The position numbers and the translations under genes are program-made. A stretch of 63,372 bases of DNA, filler included, from an uncultured bacterium (GTDB lineage Bacteria > CAYUVA01): assembly GCA_964448115.1 (NCBI GenBank). It is 3 parts of 3 records of this genome, joined end to end, with 100 filler letters (N's around TTAATTAATTAA, not from the genome) between each part and the next. Parts side by side here need not be neighbours in the genome. Positions count along the whole stretch, not along the records: positions 1 to 27,663 come from CAYUVA010000051.1; positions 27,764 to 54,848 come from CAYUVA010000052.1; 1 more part is not named here. One strand, written 5' to 3'. Below are positions 21,043 through 32,159 of the stretch, in pieces. The notes under the pieces are model-generated. The model was given only the letters and a program-made list of their open reading frames with translations. It was not told the DNA's origin and did not search any database. How positions within the stretch are numbered: the stretch's first letter is position 1; each line of letters opens with the position of its first letter.

Positions 21043-22215
21043 ATGATTGAACCGACCACATTGATAGCTATCATAGTATTTGTAGTACTCATGGTATTTT
21101 TGTTCATCGGCTTGCGTAAATCCGAGCAAGAGGAACAGAAGCCAGCCAAAGAAGGAGCGGAGAAAAAAAGAGCTAAGAAAGATACCGCAGAGCTGGAAAG
21201 AGAACCAAAGCCGATCACCGAGACCGAGCAAAAGGACATGCAGCCAGTAGAAGAGGTCGCAGAGCCTGAAATAAAAAAGGAAGCGGAGATCATCGATTTC
21301 GGAGAGAGCAACCTCGATTCCTTGATCGAGGACATCCAGGAGACCGAGAAGGAAAAGGATAGCAAGGAGGAGGTGTCGGTCGAAGACCTCGACCTGGATG
21401 AGATGATGGCTGAACAGAGAGCTGATAAGGCGATGAAGCAGGAGAGAGAGGCGGCTGAGTCAGATGAGCTGGAGTTCGACCTCCAAGATCTCGAATCAAC
21501 CAAGGATGACCTGGAGAGGGAACTGGAGCAGTATCCCAGTGAGTTTGAGGATCTCGAGGATGACTTTGCCAAAATGGAAGACCTGGAAGACTCCAAGGCG
21601 GAGATGGATCTCGAAGACCTCGAAGACTTCGAGCCTGGAGAAGACGACCTGGAAAAAATGATGCAGGAAAAGGCTGAGGATCTAGAAGACCAGCAGCTTA
21701 AAGCAGAGGATTTCGAGGAACTGGAGATCGACCAAGAGCCAAAACCTGAAGAGGAACCCTCGTATGAAGAAAAATCATCGGAAAGCAAAGAAGAGGAAGC
21801 CGAGCTTACGCAAGAACCTATCAGTGAGACCTTTGACAAGGATGCCTGGATATCGGAACTGGTCGATGAGGTAGAGAAGACTCCCTCCCAGGAGATCGAG
21901 ACACAACCATCCCAAAAGCCAACCGAGAAACCACCACCAAAGCCGAAAGATGAGAAAACAAGGCTAATCGACAAGACAAAAAGAAAAGCGCGGGTCATAG
22001 TAAGAGACCTGTACAACTACAATACGGAGCTTGTAAAAAAGGGCGTGGAACAGGGAAGTATCAGCGCGGTCATGAAAGACCATATCCTGCGCGGTAAGGA
22101 ACAATTCCTGGATACAATCCCTGAAGGCATCGAAGACCCACTGCAATATTACTATGAAGCCCTGGTGGAGATCCTCGCCGGCGGTCAGAAGAAACTCATA
22201 GACCCTGTGGAGTAG
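21043..22215 (+). CDS. Membrane-anchored, highly acidic low-complexity protein with small C-terminal helical domain
   Basis: N-terminal TM helix, long D/E-rich region, C-terminal KARVIVRDLYNYN...EALVEILAGG. Confidence 0.75.
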   Translation: MIEPTTLIAIIVFVVLMVFLFIGLRKSEQEEQKPAKEGAEKKRAKKDTAELEREPKPITETEQKDMQPVEEVAEPEIKKEAEIIDFGESNLDSLIEDIQETEKEKDSKEEVSVEDLDLDEMMAEQRADKAMKQEREAAESDELEFDLQDLESTKDDLERELEQYPSEFEDLEDDFAKMEDLEDSKAEMDLEDLEDFEPGEDDLEKMMQEKAEDLEDQQLKAEDFEELEIDQEPKPEEEPSYEEKSSESKEEEAELTQEPISETFDKDAWISELVDEVEKTPSQEIETQPSQKPTEKPPPKPKDEKTRLIDKTKRKARVIVRDLYNYNTELVKKGVEQGSISAVMKDHILRGKEQFLDTIPEGIEDPLQYYYEALVEILAGGQKKLIDPVE

Positions 22216-22314
22216 TTATATACCTGGTCGCTTTAACCCAATCGATAATTGCAGTTCCCACTATTTTGCTTATATGGCGCCTGCGTCCTTGATAAATAGG
22301 CATTTGCCGGGCTT

Positions 22315-23121
22315 ATGGGACTAAAGGACAAGGTCAAAGGATTATATTCCAGCTTCAAATACCATACTATTCTTCGTATCCAAGATGTCATGGATGCGAT
22401 GGATATTCGCCGCCAGCGCAGGTTGTTTCTTCCCGATTTATGGCAGATCGACTCGCCGATGAGGACGCTCTCCTTGGCTGCGCATCCCGATGATGATGTG
22501 CTTGGCGCCGGAGGGACGCTCGCTCTGCTATGCAAAGTAGGCTCCGAGGTGAAGACGGTCTGTCTTACTGACGGAGCTATCGGCTGCGATGGAAAACGAG
22601 ACCATGAGTTAGCCAATAAAAGGAAAGCCGAAGCCCTGGATGCTGCCAGCCTGCTTGGTATATCTGCCGTAGAATTCCTCGAGCAACCGGATCAAAAGCT
22701 AGAGCCATCTGGTGATCTCTGCGAGAAATTAGCCGGAATATTAAAAGCTCTAAAGCCTCAGCTTATATTTTTGCCTTTCTTCGTTGATTACCACCATGAT
22801 CACCTGGCGGTAACTAAGATATTGCTAAATGCGATGAGCTTAACCAGGGTGGATGCCAACCTGGTAAACTACGAGTGCGTGGCTCCGATTTTCCCCAACC
22901 GTTTAGTCGATATCACCAGCACGATCGAGCTAAAAGCTAATGCAATCAAATCATTCGCCAGTCAGCTTCAAAGTAATGATTACATAAATACTATCCCCTA
23001 TGGTTTGAATCGCTTTCGCAGCTATGGGCTTTTGCAGGGTAAAGGCTTTGCGGAGGCTTTTTTCATTACCGATGCTTCGTGTCTTGAGGAACTATTCAAA
23101 GCCTGCTCACGCGGGATGTAG
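22315..23121 (+). CDS. PIG-L/LmbE family deacetylase
   Basis: AAHPDDD.LGAGG, LTDG, RKAEA, HHDH, VDIT...K...F.SQ. Confidence 0.9.
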   Translation: MGLKDKVKGLYSSFKYHTILRIQDVMDAMDIRRQRRLFLPDLWQIDSPMRTLSLAAHPDDDVLGAGGTLALLCKVGSEVKTVCLTDGAIGCDGKRDHELANKRKAEALDAASLLGISAVEFLEQPDQKLEPSGDLCEKLAGILKALKPQLIFLPFFVDYHHDHLAVTKILLNAMSLTRVDANLVNYECVAPIFPNRLVDITSTIELKANAIKSFASQLQSNDYINTIPYGLNRFRSYGLLQGKGFAEAFFITDASCLEELFKACSRGM

Positions 23122-23160
23122 GAAAGCTGTCAATAATAATAGAAATTCTTGAAGCAATAA

Positions 23161-24258
23161 TTATTTCACAGTCCCGATAGCTGAGCTTTTCTCATTGAGC
23201 AGTTTTTTTTGATTCTCCAGCACAAGCGCGTCTATAATCTCATCCAGGTCTCCGTCCAGGATCTCCTCAATGCGATAAAGTGTCAGGTTTATTCTATGGT
23301 CGGTTACTCTTCCCTGTGGGAAGTTATAGGTTCTTATTTTTTCAGATCGGTCGCCAGTTCCAATCTGTGCTTTCCTTTCCATGGCTCGTTTCTTATCCTC
23401 CTCCTGAACCTTCAGGTCATAAAGCCTTGAGCGAAGCACCCTCATCGCCTTTGCCCGGTTTTTATGTTGCGATTTTTCATCCTGGCAGGTAACCACTATT
23501 CCGGTCGGTATATGGGTTAGCCTGACTGCACTATCGGTGGTGTTTACGCTTTGTCCTCCCGGACCTGTTGAGCGAAAGACATCCAGCCTGATATCTTTCT
23601 CATCGAGATCTACCTCGATCTCTTCGGCTTCAGGAAGCACGGCAACGGTAACCGCCGAGGTATGTATCCTGCCTCCGGATTCTGTAACCGGTATTCTTTG
23701 CACGCGATGGGTTCCGCTCTCGAACTTGAGCCGGCTGTAAACATCCTTGCCCTCTATGATGGCGATGATCTCCTTGTAGCCACCTACCTCGCCGGGGTGG
23801 CTTTCTGCGGTTGTCAACTGCCAGCCGTTATTTTCTGCATATCTACTGTACATTCTAAACAGCTCGGCGGCGAAAAGGCAGGACTCATGCCCGCCGGTTC
23901 CAGCTCTTATCTCAAGAACGATATTTTTCTCATCATTGGGATCCGGTGGCATAAGCAGGCTTCTGAGCTTGAATTCGAGTTTTTCCTTTTTTTGTTGCAG
24001 CTTATCCAATTCATCCTGTGCCATTGATTGAAATTCGGGATCATCATCCTCGTTGAGCAAAGCCTCTGTATCCCAGTATTCGGACTTGAGCTTATGCAGT
24101 GCTTCAAGGGTCTCCTTGAGCTTGTTGATCTTTGCGAATTCCTTATTTAGCTTGCGAAATTCAACCTGATCGTTGATTATTTTCGGATCGCTAAGTTTTT
24201 GAACCAGTCTTTCGTAGGCTTGATTAACCTCTTTGATGTCGGGATAGTTGAATTTCAT
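23161..24258 (-). CDS. prfA: Peptide chain release factor 1
   Basis: GGQ motif, PVT specificity tripeptide (RIPVTES), [15 protein letters not shown]. Confidence 0.97.
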   Translation of the reverse strand: MKFNYPDIKEVNQAYERLVQKLSDPKIINDQVEFRKLNKEFAKINKLKETLEALHKLKSEYWDTEALLNEDDDPEFQSMAQDELDKLQQKKEKLEFKLRSLLMPPDPNDEKNIVLEIRAGTGGHESCLFAAELFRMYSRYAENNGWQLTTAESHPGEVGGYKEIIAIIEGKDVYSRLKFESGTHRVQRIPVTESGGRIHTSAVTVAVLPEAEEIEVDLDEKDIRLDVFRSTGPGGQSVNTTDSAVRLTHIPTGIVVTCQDEKSQHKNRAKAMRVLRSRLYDLKVQEEDKKRAMERKAQIGTGDRSEKIRTYNFPQGRVTDHRINLTLYRIEEILDGDLDEIIDALVLENQKKLLNEKSSAIGTVK

Positions 24259-24269
24259 GTCTTCAGGGG

Positions 24270-25196
24270 TTATGCTTCTGCCGTCTGTTGCCTCTTTAAA
24301 TCCAGCGCTTCGGTCAGCGCCTTTATTGCCACCTCCAGCATATCATCGGTCGGCTGCCGGGTGGTGAGCCTTTGCAGCGCCAATCCCGGAGCCATAAGCA
24401 TCCTGATAAGCCTTTTGTTTGAATGCTTGGAGGTAAATCGTATGAACTCATAAGAAAGCCCGGCGATAAGAGGTAAGAAGAGGATGCGGGCGCCAAACTT
24501 GATGGCAAAATGTGATTCCTTTGGTACCATGCTAAATACCAGGATAGCAAGCACCATGACGATTAGCAAAAAGCTGGTGCCGCAGCGGGGATGAAGGGTG
24601 CTTTTACTTCTGGCATTTTCGATGGAGAGGGTCTCATTTGCCTCGTAGGTATAAACCGCCTTGTGTTCCGCGCCGTGATACATAAAGACGCGCCGGATAT
24701 CCTTCATCGAAGAGATAACCAGAACATAGCCTAAGAATATGATGATGCGAAGAACTCCATCTACCAGGTTGAACATCCAGTTTTGGCTTTCCACGATGGG
24801 GATGTAACCCTTCAGGACATTGGTCAACCAAAGCGGCGCTAATAGAAAAAGCCCGATACCGAGAGCAAATGATATGGCTATTGTGATGGTTAGGTAAAGC
24901 TGATTTGCCAGCTTAGAGCGTTCCTTCTGTTGGGCAGACTGTTCCTCGCTCATCAGTTGATTTGCAGAAAAATTAAGCGCTTTGATGCCGAGCACCAGGG
25001 AATCAAGCAGGATAAAGAAGCCTCTTATGACGGGAAGTTTCAGCAGCTTATGTCTTTGGTGCATCGGTTGGTTTTGGACCTTTTGGACCGATATTGAGCC
25101 ATCTGCCAGGCGAACCGCGATGCTATAGCCCTGTGGTGCTCGCATCATCACGCCTTCGAGCACAGCTTGTCCACCAACGGTAGTCTCTGGTTTCAT
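24270..25196 (-). CDS. DUF1385 family membrane protein
   Basis: [28 protein letters not shown]; usual position between rpmE and prfA. Confidence 0.93.
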   Translation of the reverse strand: MKPETTVGGQAVLEGVMMRAPQGYSIAVRLADGSISVQKVQNQPMHQRHKLLKLPVIRGFFILLDSLVLGIKALNFSANQLMSEEQSAQQKERSKLANQLYLTITIAISFALGIGLFLLAPLWLTNVLKGYIPIVESQNWMFNLVDGVLRIIIFLGYVLVISSMKDIRRVFMYHGAEHKAVYTYEANETLSIENARSKSTLHPRCGTSFLLIVMVLAILVFSMVPKESHFAIKFGARILFLPLIAGLSYEFIRFTSKHSNKRLIRMLMAPGLALQRLTTRQPTDDMLEVAIKALTEALDLKRQQTAEA

Positions 25197-25225
25197 CTGA
25201 AGGGATCGCTAAATTGAAAAATCAA

Positions 25226-25429
25226 TTACTTTTTATCGCCATATCTTCTCTTGAATTTCTCGACCTGTCCAGCGGTTTCGACTATCTTTTGTTTACCGGT
25301 GAAGAATGGATGGCAGGCAGAGCAGATCTCGATATTGATCTCTTTTTTGGTTGACCTTACCGGTATTGTGTTGCCGCAATAGCACTTTATGGTAACCTCG
25401 TGAAGCTCGGGATGTATATCCTTTTTCAT
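25226..25429 (-). CDS. rpmE: 50S ribosomal protein L31 (Cys-containing type)
   Basis: MKKDIHP...CYCG...[22 protein letters not shown] supports ATG at 25429. Confidence 0.97.
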   Translation of the reverse strand: MKKDIHPELHEVTIKCYCGNTIPVRSTKKEINIEICSACHPFFTGKQKIVETAGQVEKFKRRYGDKK

Positions 25430-25479
25430 AGTTATCACTCCTTATATCATTTTCTTCATTGCAACCTGACTAGTTTAGT

Positions 25480-27663
25480 CTATGACCATATCCTTGTCAA
25501 TAGGTGGGAATAAGCTGCTGTATGTATGACAGCAGCCGAAATCATCATTGTGCATATAAGGGAGATGTACACCCCAAGCTGAAATAGCCAAGGATGAAAG
25601 ATAAACTCGACTCGATGTTGTCCTTTTGCCACCTTGACAGCCATGAATACGCCATCGGCGGTCATGGTGCGAACCGGCTTTTGGTCAATATAGGCATTCC
25701 ATCCGCTATAGCCAACCTCGCTCAATAGAAGGTATCCGTCGCTAGGGGCATCGAACTCGATGATATAACGATTCTGTCCTCTTTTAACATTATATAATGG
25801 TAGGCATTGCTGAATATCAGTGTGATAATCTATCTCTTTATCTTGATCGCTTAGTATATATAAGCTCTTTGTGGGATCGAAATCATCCTTTCCAATCGCG
25901 GCAAGTATATCTTCATTGGAGTTAATGAATGTGGCTCTAGCAGAGGGATAAAATATTGCCCTAGGTAGCGCTTTTTTATTCTCAAATACATAGCTTCGAT
26001 CATCAATGAGAACAGGTCTATACTTATCTGAGGGCAATCTTGGACCCTCGCTGGGATAATATTCGAGGTAAAACGAGTGTATATGAAAATGAGCAGTATG
26101 GCAGCTATTTTCAAGCTCCAAGCGTACTGGCATGAAATCGCCCAACTCATGCTCGGTGAAGTAATAATGCGCCGGATAGGTAACACCGTTTTGGGAAACT
26201 TCCTGATCGAGAACATCAACGACATTTGCCTTCTCATGTAAGGCAATCCCCTTCAGATATGGGTTATCCAGGTACATATCTGCGGTATCAATCCCTGCCT
26301 TAAGCTCAAAGACTTTCTCATTGCTTGAATCATCAAATGCCCTCAATATCGCCACTGTCTCCCCTTGTTTGATGTTCATCGCCTGGCTCAATCCAGAGAA
26401 AATAGAGAAATTAAGTACACTCCGTGCACTGATAAATGGAGTGAACTCGTAACTCTCGCCGGGCATTAGCGTCTTTTGTTGCAGGATTAGCTTGTCGGTC
26501 GTCATCTCCGCTCTTGGCTGATAGACGGTTATATAGCGAACGCCGGCAAGATCAAGCAGGCTGCTTTGCAGATTATCTATGATCACGAAATGAAACGGGC
26601 TTCGTCCAGGTCGATTACTCCCCTTTTTCGCCTCGTTAAAATCGATAAATCCTCTTATGATAAGAGGATCATATCCCTGGTAATCGTCCAATCCATACAT
26701 GGTGGCGATGTTTGGCATTAAAAGCTCAATGCATAGTCGATCCCGCCGTGCGCGATCTGAATAGAAGGCGAAAAAGGTATCCGGCTCAAAGAAGGCTAAT
26801 CGGTAAAGATGTCTATCTGAGCTGATCAATTTAACCGGCTTGGGTATCCCGGTGAACTCACCCTTGTAGGCGGTAAACGGAGTGCGCTCAAAGAAGCTAT
26901 CCTTTGCCTTGAAAAGCTCAATGGATGCCTCGTAGATCAATAGCAATCCCAAGATAACTCCCAGTATGCGGGGTAGTGTCTTCTTGGCGTGATAAAGCCA
27001 CCCCAGTAATCCCTCGAAGCCGATTGCGAGCAATAGGGCAAACATCGAGCTGGCGATGAACATGAAGCGCTTTGGCGCATGAAACATGCCAGCGCCGGGG
27101 ATCAACTCGTATATAACCCTGTAAAAAGGTAAAAATTCGCCGCTCATGAAGATGAAGCAAAAGAAGAATATTACAGTCATCGCATAAGCCGGCTTGAACC
27201 TCGTTTTGAAAAACAAGCCGATAAGCATGAGCAATGGAAACCATCCGAAATGGCTTGCTCCCTCCATCCAGTTGGTGCCATCGAAGAATGTCTCGAAATC
27301 CCAGTATGGAAAGCTCCCTTCAACAGCCACCTTATATGGCAGTTTGCCCTGATACCCACAGATTAGCTTGAATTGATAGATCGGTAGAAGCGAGAATGAA
27401 AAAAGTCCAGCACCAAAAAGGACTCCAGCCATAAATACCAAAAGCTTGATTAGAAATCTTTTGATATAAGCAAGGTTTGCTTGAAGATCCAGTAATATCC
27501 GTACAAAGAGATACAAAAAGCCGCCTAAGAAGGTGTAATAAACAATCTGCATGAACCCGCCGAGAAAGCTGAGTAAGGAAAGTATAGCAAGGCTTATCGT
27601 GCCCCAAAGCCACCATCTACCTTTGCCGCAATGGATATACTCGGCGACCATCAGGTAGAATGG
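25480..27663 (-). CDS. YfhO-family membrane protein, 5' end truncated by assembly gap
   Basis: TM-rich N-terminus; GYDPL, VFENKKALPRA, GYLLLSE..YSGWNAYID, AVKVAKGQHRVEF; frame is open up to the N run. Confidence 0.8.
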   Translation of the reverse strand, partial: PFYLMVAEYIHCGKGRWWLWGTISLAILSLLSFLGGFMQIVYYTFLGGFLYLFVRILLDLQANLAYIKRFLIKLLVFMAGVLFGAGLFSFSLLPIYQFKLICGYQGKLPYKVAVEGSFPYWDFETFFDGTNWMEGASHFGWFPLLMLIGLFFKTRFKPAYAMTVIFFFCFIFMSGEFLPFYRVIYELIPGAGMFHAPKRFMFIASSMFALLLAIGFEGLLGWLYHAKKTLPRILGVILGLLLIYEASIELFKAKDSFFERTPFTAYKGEFTGIPKPVKLISSDRHLYRLAFFEPDTFFAFYSDRARRDRLCIELLMPNIATMYGLDDYQGYDPLIIRGFIDFNEAKKGSNRPGRSPFHFVIIDNLQSSLLDLAGVRYITVYQPRAEMTTDKLILQQKTLMPGESYEFTPFISARSVLNFSIFSGLSQAMNIKQGETVAILRAFDDSSNEKVFELKAGIDTADMYLDNPYLKGIALHEKANVVDVLDQEVSQNGVTYPAHYYFTEHELGDFMPVRLELENSCHTAHFHIHSFYLEYYPSEGPRLPSDKYRPVLIDDRSYVFENKKALPRAIFYPSARATFINSNEDILAAIGKDDFDPTKSLYILSDQDKEIDYHTDIQQCLPLYNVKRGQNRYIIEFDAPSDGYLLLSEVGYSGWNAYIDQKPVRTMTADGVFMAVKVAKGQHRVEFIFHPWLFQLGVYISLICTMMISAAVIHTAAYSHLLTRIWS

Positions 27664-27763
27664 NNNNNNNNNNNNNNNNNNNNNNNNNNNNNNNNNNNNN
27701 NNNNNNNTTAATTAATTAANNNNNNNNNNNNNNNNNNNNNNNNNNNNNNNNNNNNNNNNNNNN
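27664..27763. other. Artificial contig-joining linker
   Basis: N run flanking TTAATTAATTAA (stops in all six frames). Confidence 0.98.
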
Positions 27764-27833
27764 CTTCATCATCCTATGGATTCGCTATTTCAATTCAGAT
27801 CAATTCTTCAGAGCTGGAGCTAAGCTGAACCTA

Positions 27834-27861
27834 TTGAAATTAAATCCAAAGGAGATATAAT
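27834..27861 (+). promoter_or_regulatory. Sigma70-type promoter
   Basis: TTGAAA-16nt-TATAAT, followed by GGGAG RBS. Confidence 0.5.
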
Positions 27862-27886
27862 GAATAACTGAGGGAGATGCATATAA

Positions 27887-29344
27887 ATGAGCATTGAAAA
27901 GCTGCCATCTATCATACTATGCCTTGTCGTAGCCCTTGCAGGCGCAGCTTATGGCGCTACTTATGACCACACATTCTTCGCCCTGAGCAGCGGATATACC
28001 TCGGAGGATAACTTTACACTGGAGTATGATCTATATACCGGCCAACCGAGAGCCGGAGGCATCATGGATGATATCAACGGCTGGTACTTTGTCTATCATG
28101 GATATTATTACTTTGACATCGGTTCTCTTCCCACCGATGCTAATGTCCAGACCGCTATATTGACCCTGCGCACTTTTTTCGTGCCCGATCATGGCGCATG
28201 GAATGAGAGGATGCTCGACTTCAGGGACTTGATCCTGGCTGATATCCCGGAGAATGAAACTCCTTATGCAGTGTTCACTCGCGCTTCATCGGGACAGTAT
28301 TACGGAGAGCATTATCTAGTCTCATCGGATGCACAGATACTAAATATCAACATGAGCTCAACCTGCCTTGACCATATTGAGCAAAGACATAATACGCAAG
28401 GCTACGATTGGTTTGGGGTCAGCTTCAGGGTACTGCCTCCCTTTGAGCTTGGCTATCCGTACTCCAGCTTCAATGCCTTTAATGACCCAACATTGGGATA
28501 CCGTGGAACGCTGCGTTTAGTCTTTGACAGCGAGACGCCCTTCCCGACTGCCACTAATACGCCCACAGCAACAGGTGCAGCCGAAGCCACCCCCACGGCA
28601 ACTCCCTCAATGACGCCAACATCTACGCCAAGCTCCACACCGTCAAGTACACCAAGTGCTACTTTTACCCAAACACCAACCGCGACTGCAACCGATACGC
28701 CTACAAGTACGCCGAGTCCGACTCCCACCAGCACTCCAACCCAGACGGCAACCATGACTCCAAGCGCAACCTTCACCCAACTTCCGACCTCAACGCCGAC
28801 CAGCACTCCTGATGCTCAATATTGGTGCGTCAAGCCGATAGTCCCAGATGTTCCGATTACATTCTGCGACCCTACAGCCGAGCACAAGGTGGTGATAACC
28901 TTCCGCAATGTCATTGGCTCAGGTAACGCCCTGGTGATCATTAAAGATTATGCTCCACCTGATTTGGCTTCCAGTGATGTGCTTCGACTGCAATTCGAGA
29001 TCATAGTCGATGAAACGGTAACCTTTTATATCGCTGATGCAGTGTTCTATTATACTGAGGCAGATCTCCCCAGCGGCATGAGCGAGGGGCAGATAACAGG
29101 TATGGCAAAGTATAATAGTTATTTGCAGAAGTGGGATTACATCGGAGGTACGATAGATATCACCTCAAATAGCGTATCTGTAGAAAACATAAACCAATTC
29201 TCATTATGGACTATTGGAGCACAGGATGCTTATATCCTACAGGTTCCAAGTTTGAATTTTGTCAACCTGATAGCATTAGTTGTTTTATTGTCCACTGCTA
29301 TAGTCGCTTTGAGTAGAAGATCCTTTGAGCCAAGGCTTAGATAA
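27887..29344 (+). CDS. Surface protein: DNRLRE-like N-domain, Thr/Pro/Ser linker, beta domain, IPTL-CTERM-like anchor
   Basis: Signal peptide; [20 protein letters not shown]; long TPT linker; ends [16 protein letters not shown]...RR. Confidence 0.75.
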   Translation: MSIEKLPSIILCLVVALAGAAYGATYDHTFFALSSGYTSEDNFTLEYDLYTGQPRAGGIMDDINGWYFVYHGYYYFDIGSLPTDANVQTAILTLRTFFVPDHGAWNERMLDFRDLILADIPENETPYAVFTRASSGQYYGEHYLVSSDAQILNINMSSTCLDHIEQRHNTQGYDWFGVSFRVLPPFELGYPYSSFNAFNDPTLGYRGTLRLVFDSETPFPTATNTPTATGAAEATPTATPSMTPTSTPSSTPSSTPSATFTQTPTATATDTPTSTPSPTPTSTPTQTATMTPSATFTQLPTSTPTSTPDAQYWCVKPIVPDVPITFCDPTAEHKVVITFRNVIGSGNALVIIKDYAPPDLASSDVLRLQFEIIVDETVTFYIADAVFYYTEADLPSGMSEGQITGMAKYNSYLQKWDYIGGTIDITSNSVSVENINQFSLWTIGAQDAYILQVPSLNFVNLIALVVLLSTAIVALSRRSFEPRLR

Positions 29345-30791
29345 TGCGGGGCATTGGTGGAGAGCTGCCGCCACCTTTTGCTCGCCGCGCTTTCTTGAAG
29401 GTGGTATTCACCTGGCGCAGCGGGGGCATCTCTATCCGCTTACCGGATAGAAGCTCCTCGATGGTAAGTATTTGCAGCCTAGGATACTTTTTATTCCCCC
29501 ACGGCGATATGTAGAATCCAGCGCCGGCAGCCTCGGAGCGCATCGACTGGGTTGGTTTCTGCATGGTTATCAGGACGCCGATTTCTGCATTTTCGCGCTC
29601 CAGAACGCCAAGCAGATCGCGAATATGCGAGACAGCAACTTTGCCCGATTTAACTGATATGATGACCTGGCTAGTCTTGTCTTTTTCCGAGCCATCGTGG
29701 AAATAGAGCCTTCCATCGATCCCCTGGTCAGCGCCCCTTCTTTTCTCCACTGGTCTTGCCCCGACCAGCCCTAGCGCCCACCACTGGAACTGAAAGCGAT
29801 CTTCGGCTGCCAATGCCTTTGCATCAGGGAGCGAGGTCGGCTCGCCGAGAGTCTGGTATCTCTCCAGGATCTCCTCGCCAAAGGTGCTCAGCTGACGGTT
29901 CTTCATAAGGTTGATCGCAATATGTGTGATATCGATCCCTATCCATCGGCGCTTAAGGCGCTCGGCGACCACAATCGTTGTCCCGCAGCCACAAAACGGA
30001 TCAAGCACCAGATCCCCCTCATCGCTGCTCGCCAGGATTATCCGCTCCAGGAGCGCTTCCGGCTTCTGGGTCGGATAGCCAAGGCGCTCTGATGAAGTTC
30101 GCCCGACCATGTCGATCTGCCAAACATCCTTCATATTCACCAGCGTGTACCAGCCGATCTCGTCCTGATACTCCTCAACCCCCTTGAATCTATATGGCTT
30201 TAATCCTCTATTATATGACTTCTCTTTCAGGATATTAAACTTGTATCTTTTACTATCCTTAGAATAAAAAAATATTGTCTGGTGCTTTCTGGCAAATCGT
30301 TTCTTGGTAGCTCCTCCGCTCTTGAAAGACCATATTATCTCGTTTTGAAAGTTCTTAGCCCCAAATACTGCATCCATAAGCAGTTTAAGAAAGTGGCTCG
30401 CTGTGGGGTCACAATGCAGGTAGATGGAGCCGGTCGGCTTGAGCACCCTGCGCAGCTCGACCAGACGTAGCGCCATCATCGACAGGTATGCGAGCATGTT
30501 GTTATGTCCCAGAAACTGGCGAAATGCTTGCATGATCTGCGATACTACACCACCTGCTTCGACAATCTCTTGATAAGCCTCTGCTGCAGCCTGATCCCAT
30601 CGCCAGGTGTCATCGAATGCCTTGATCTGCGAGGCTGACCGAGAGCCGTTCTGCTCGGCGAATAGCACATTGTAGGTCGCCTTGCTGTTAAACGGGGGAT
30701 CGAGGTAGATCAGGTCAACGCTTTCATCAGCGACATATCGCCTCAGGACATCGAGATTATCGCCATAATACAAGGTATTAGCTACAGTCAT
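29337..30791 (-). CDS. N6/N4 DNA methyltransferase fused to Mrr-like nuclease domain
   Basis: [28 protein letters not shown]-terminal GADQGIDG...IISVKSG. Confidence 0.9.
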   Translation of the reverse strand: MTVANTLYYGDNLDVLRRYVADESVDLIYLDPPFNSKATYNVLFAEQNGSRSASQIKAFDDTWRWDQAAAEAYQEIVEAGGVVSQIMQAFRQFLGHNNMLAYLSMMALRLVELRRVLKPTGSIYLHCDPTASHFLKLLMDAVFGAKNFQNEIIWSFKSGGATKKRFARKHQTIFFYSKDSKRYKFNILKEKSYNRGLKPYRFKGVEEYQDEIGWYTLVNMKDVWQIDMVGRTSSERLGYPTQKPEALLERIILASSDEGDLVLDPFCGCGTTIVVAERLKRRWIGIDITHIAINLMKNRQLSTFGEEILERYQTLGEPTSLPDAKALAAEDRFQFQWWALGLVGARPVEKRRGADQGIDGRLYFHDGSEKDKTSQVIISVKSGKVAVSHIRDLLGVLERENAEIGVLITMQKPTQSMRSEAAGAGFYISPWGNKKYPRLQILTIEELLSGKRIEMPPLRQVNTTFKKARRAKGGGSSPPMPRII

Positions 30792-30876
30792 CCCCTTTTC
30801 CCTTAGCCTTTATTGTTGTCTAGTCTTTAGTTTTTTCTCTATTATAGTATCCGGCTGCTCGGACTGCAAATCAGCA

Positions 30877-32157
30877 TCATCCCAGCCGTATAGCTCTCAG
30901 GTAGTTATTAACCCAGGCATAGACATCGTTATTGGCTATCTGTTTGCGCATTATTTCCAGGCGTTGTCTCTGCTCCTCTTGGCTCATGTAAAACGCCCGA
31001 TGTATCGCCTCTGCGGTGCCCTCAACATCGTTGGGATTTATCAACAATGCACCACCGGATAACTGGGTTGCTGCACCTGCGAATTCGCTGAGTATGAGCA
31101 CACCCCTTTCCTGAGAACATGCGCAGTATTCCTTTGCCACCAGGTTCATTCCATCCCGCTCGGGAGTTATAAGAGCTATCTCTGCGGTGCGATACATACT
31201 GGCAAGCTCCACCATATCGAGCTTGCGGAAGAAGTAGTGGATCGGTGTCCAGCCCGGCATAGTAAATTCGCCCGCTATCTCGCCTACAAGCTCATCGAGT
31301 AGGCTTTTTATCTCCTGGTATTCAGTTACCCTTTGTCTGCTGGGGACCACCACCTGAATAAGTACTACCTTGCCGTGAAGCTCTGGATACATGCGAAGAC
31401 ACTGGCGGTAAGCCTTGAATCGTAGCGAGATACCCTTAGTATAATCGAGTCGATCCAAGCCCAAGATAATCTTCATCTGGGGATAGTTCTCGTGGAAAAG
31501 CCATGCACCTTTTGTAACCTTCGGCGACCTAGCCAGTTTATCCCAGGCTTTGAAGTCGATGCTTATGGGAAAGGCTTGCACGCGCAGGCTATGTCCTGAA
31601 GATGTTTGTATCCTGCTAAAGGCAGCAGTAGAGCTAATCTTAAACCCCCTGAATAATCCTTTAGCACACTGGATGAAATTGTTGAAATCGCGCCGGGTCT
31701 GAGATCCAGCTAGATCATAGGCTAAAAAAGATCTCAGAAGCAGGGCTATCCCGGCTGATTTATCTTCCATATACTTACTCAAACCTTTTCCTTTCAGCAG
31801 TTGGCGTGCCTTATACAGACCTTCCTTTACTTTGTCGGTTAATCGGACAAGGGTTGATCCACCATCAGGCGATATCCGCTCCCAGCCATGGCAGCCCCAT
31901 ATCTCAGGCATAGGATCGAGTTTCAACAAGTCCAGCAAATCCTTTGCCGACCTTCCGCTGATAATGACTATTCGAGTATGGTTAGCTTTCAACATAGTTT
32001 GCAGGATTTGCTTGACTTCAGGATAAGGTGTAGCCTGCATCGGATTCGCCTTGAATGGCGCTATCGTGCCATCGTAGTCAAGCATTAATAATCTGTAAGG
32101 CGCTGAGGATAGCTGGACAAAAAATTGCTCAGTCGGTTTGCCAAGCTGTTGGTTCAT
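30877..32157 (-). pseudogene. otsB/otsA: In-frame chimera: N-terminal part of trehalose-6-P phosphatase joined to C-terminal part of trehalose-6-P synthase
   Basis: LMLDYDGT, IISGR, GCHGWE, EDK (HAD/TPP), then an abrupt switch near 31740 to LAYDLAGSQT, LGLDRLDYTKG, DGMNLVAKEY, LSEFAGAA (GT20). HAD motifs III/IV and the GT20 N-lobe are absent. Confidence 0.75.
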
Positions 32158-32159
32158 CT

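Noticed and set aside
20976-22016. 346-aa Ser-rich antisense ORF
   Set aside because: Shadow of the GAA/GAG/GAT-rich acidic gene on the plus strand.
27664-27763. TTAATTAATTAA repeats as biological sites (also 54893-54904)
   Set aside because: Identical 100-nt N-padded linkers; assembly artefacts.
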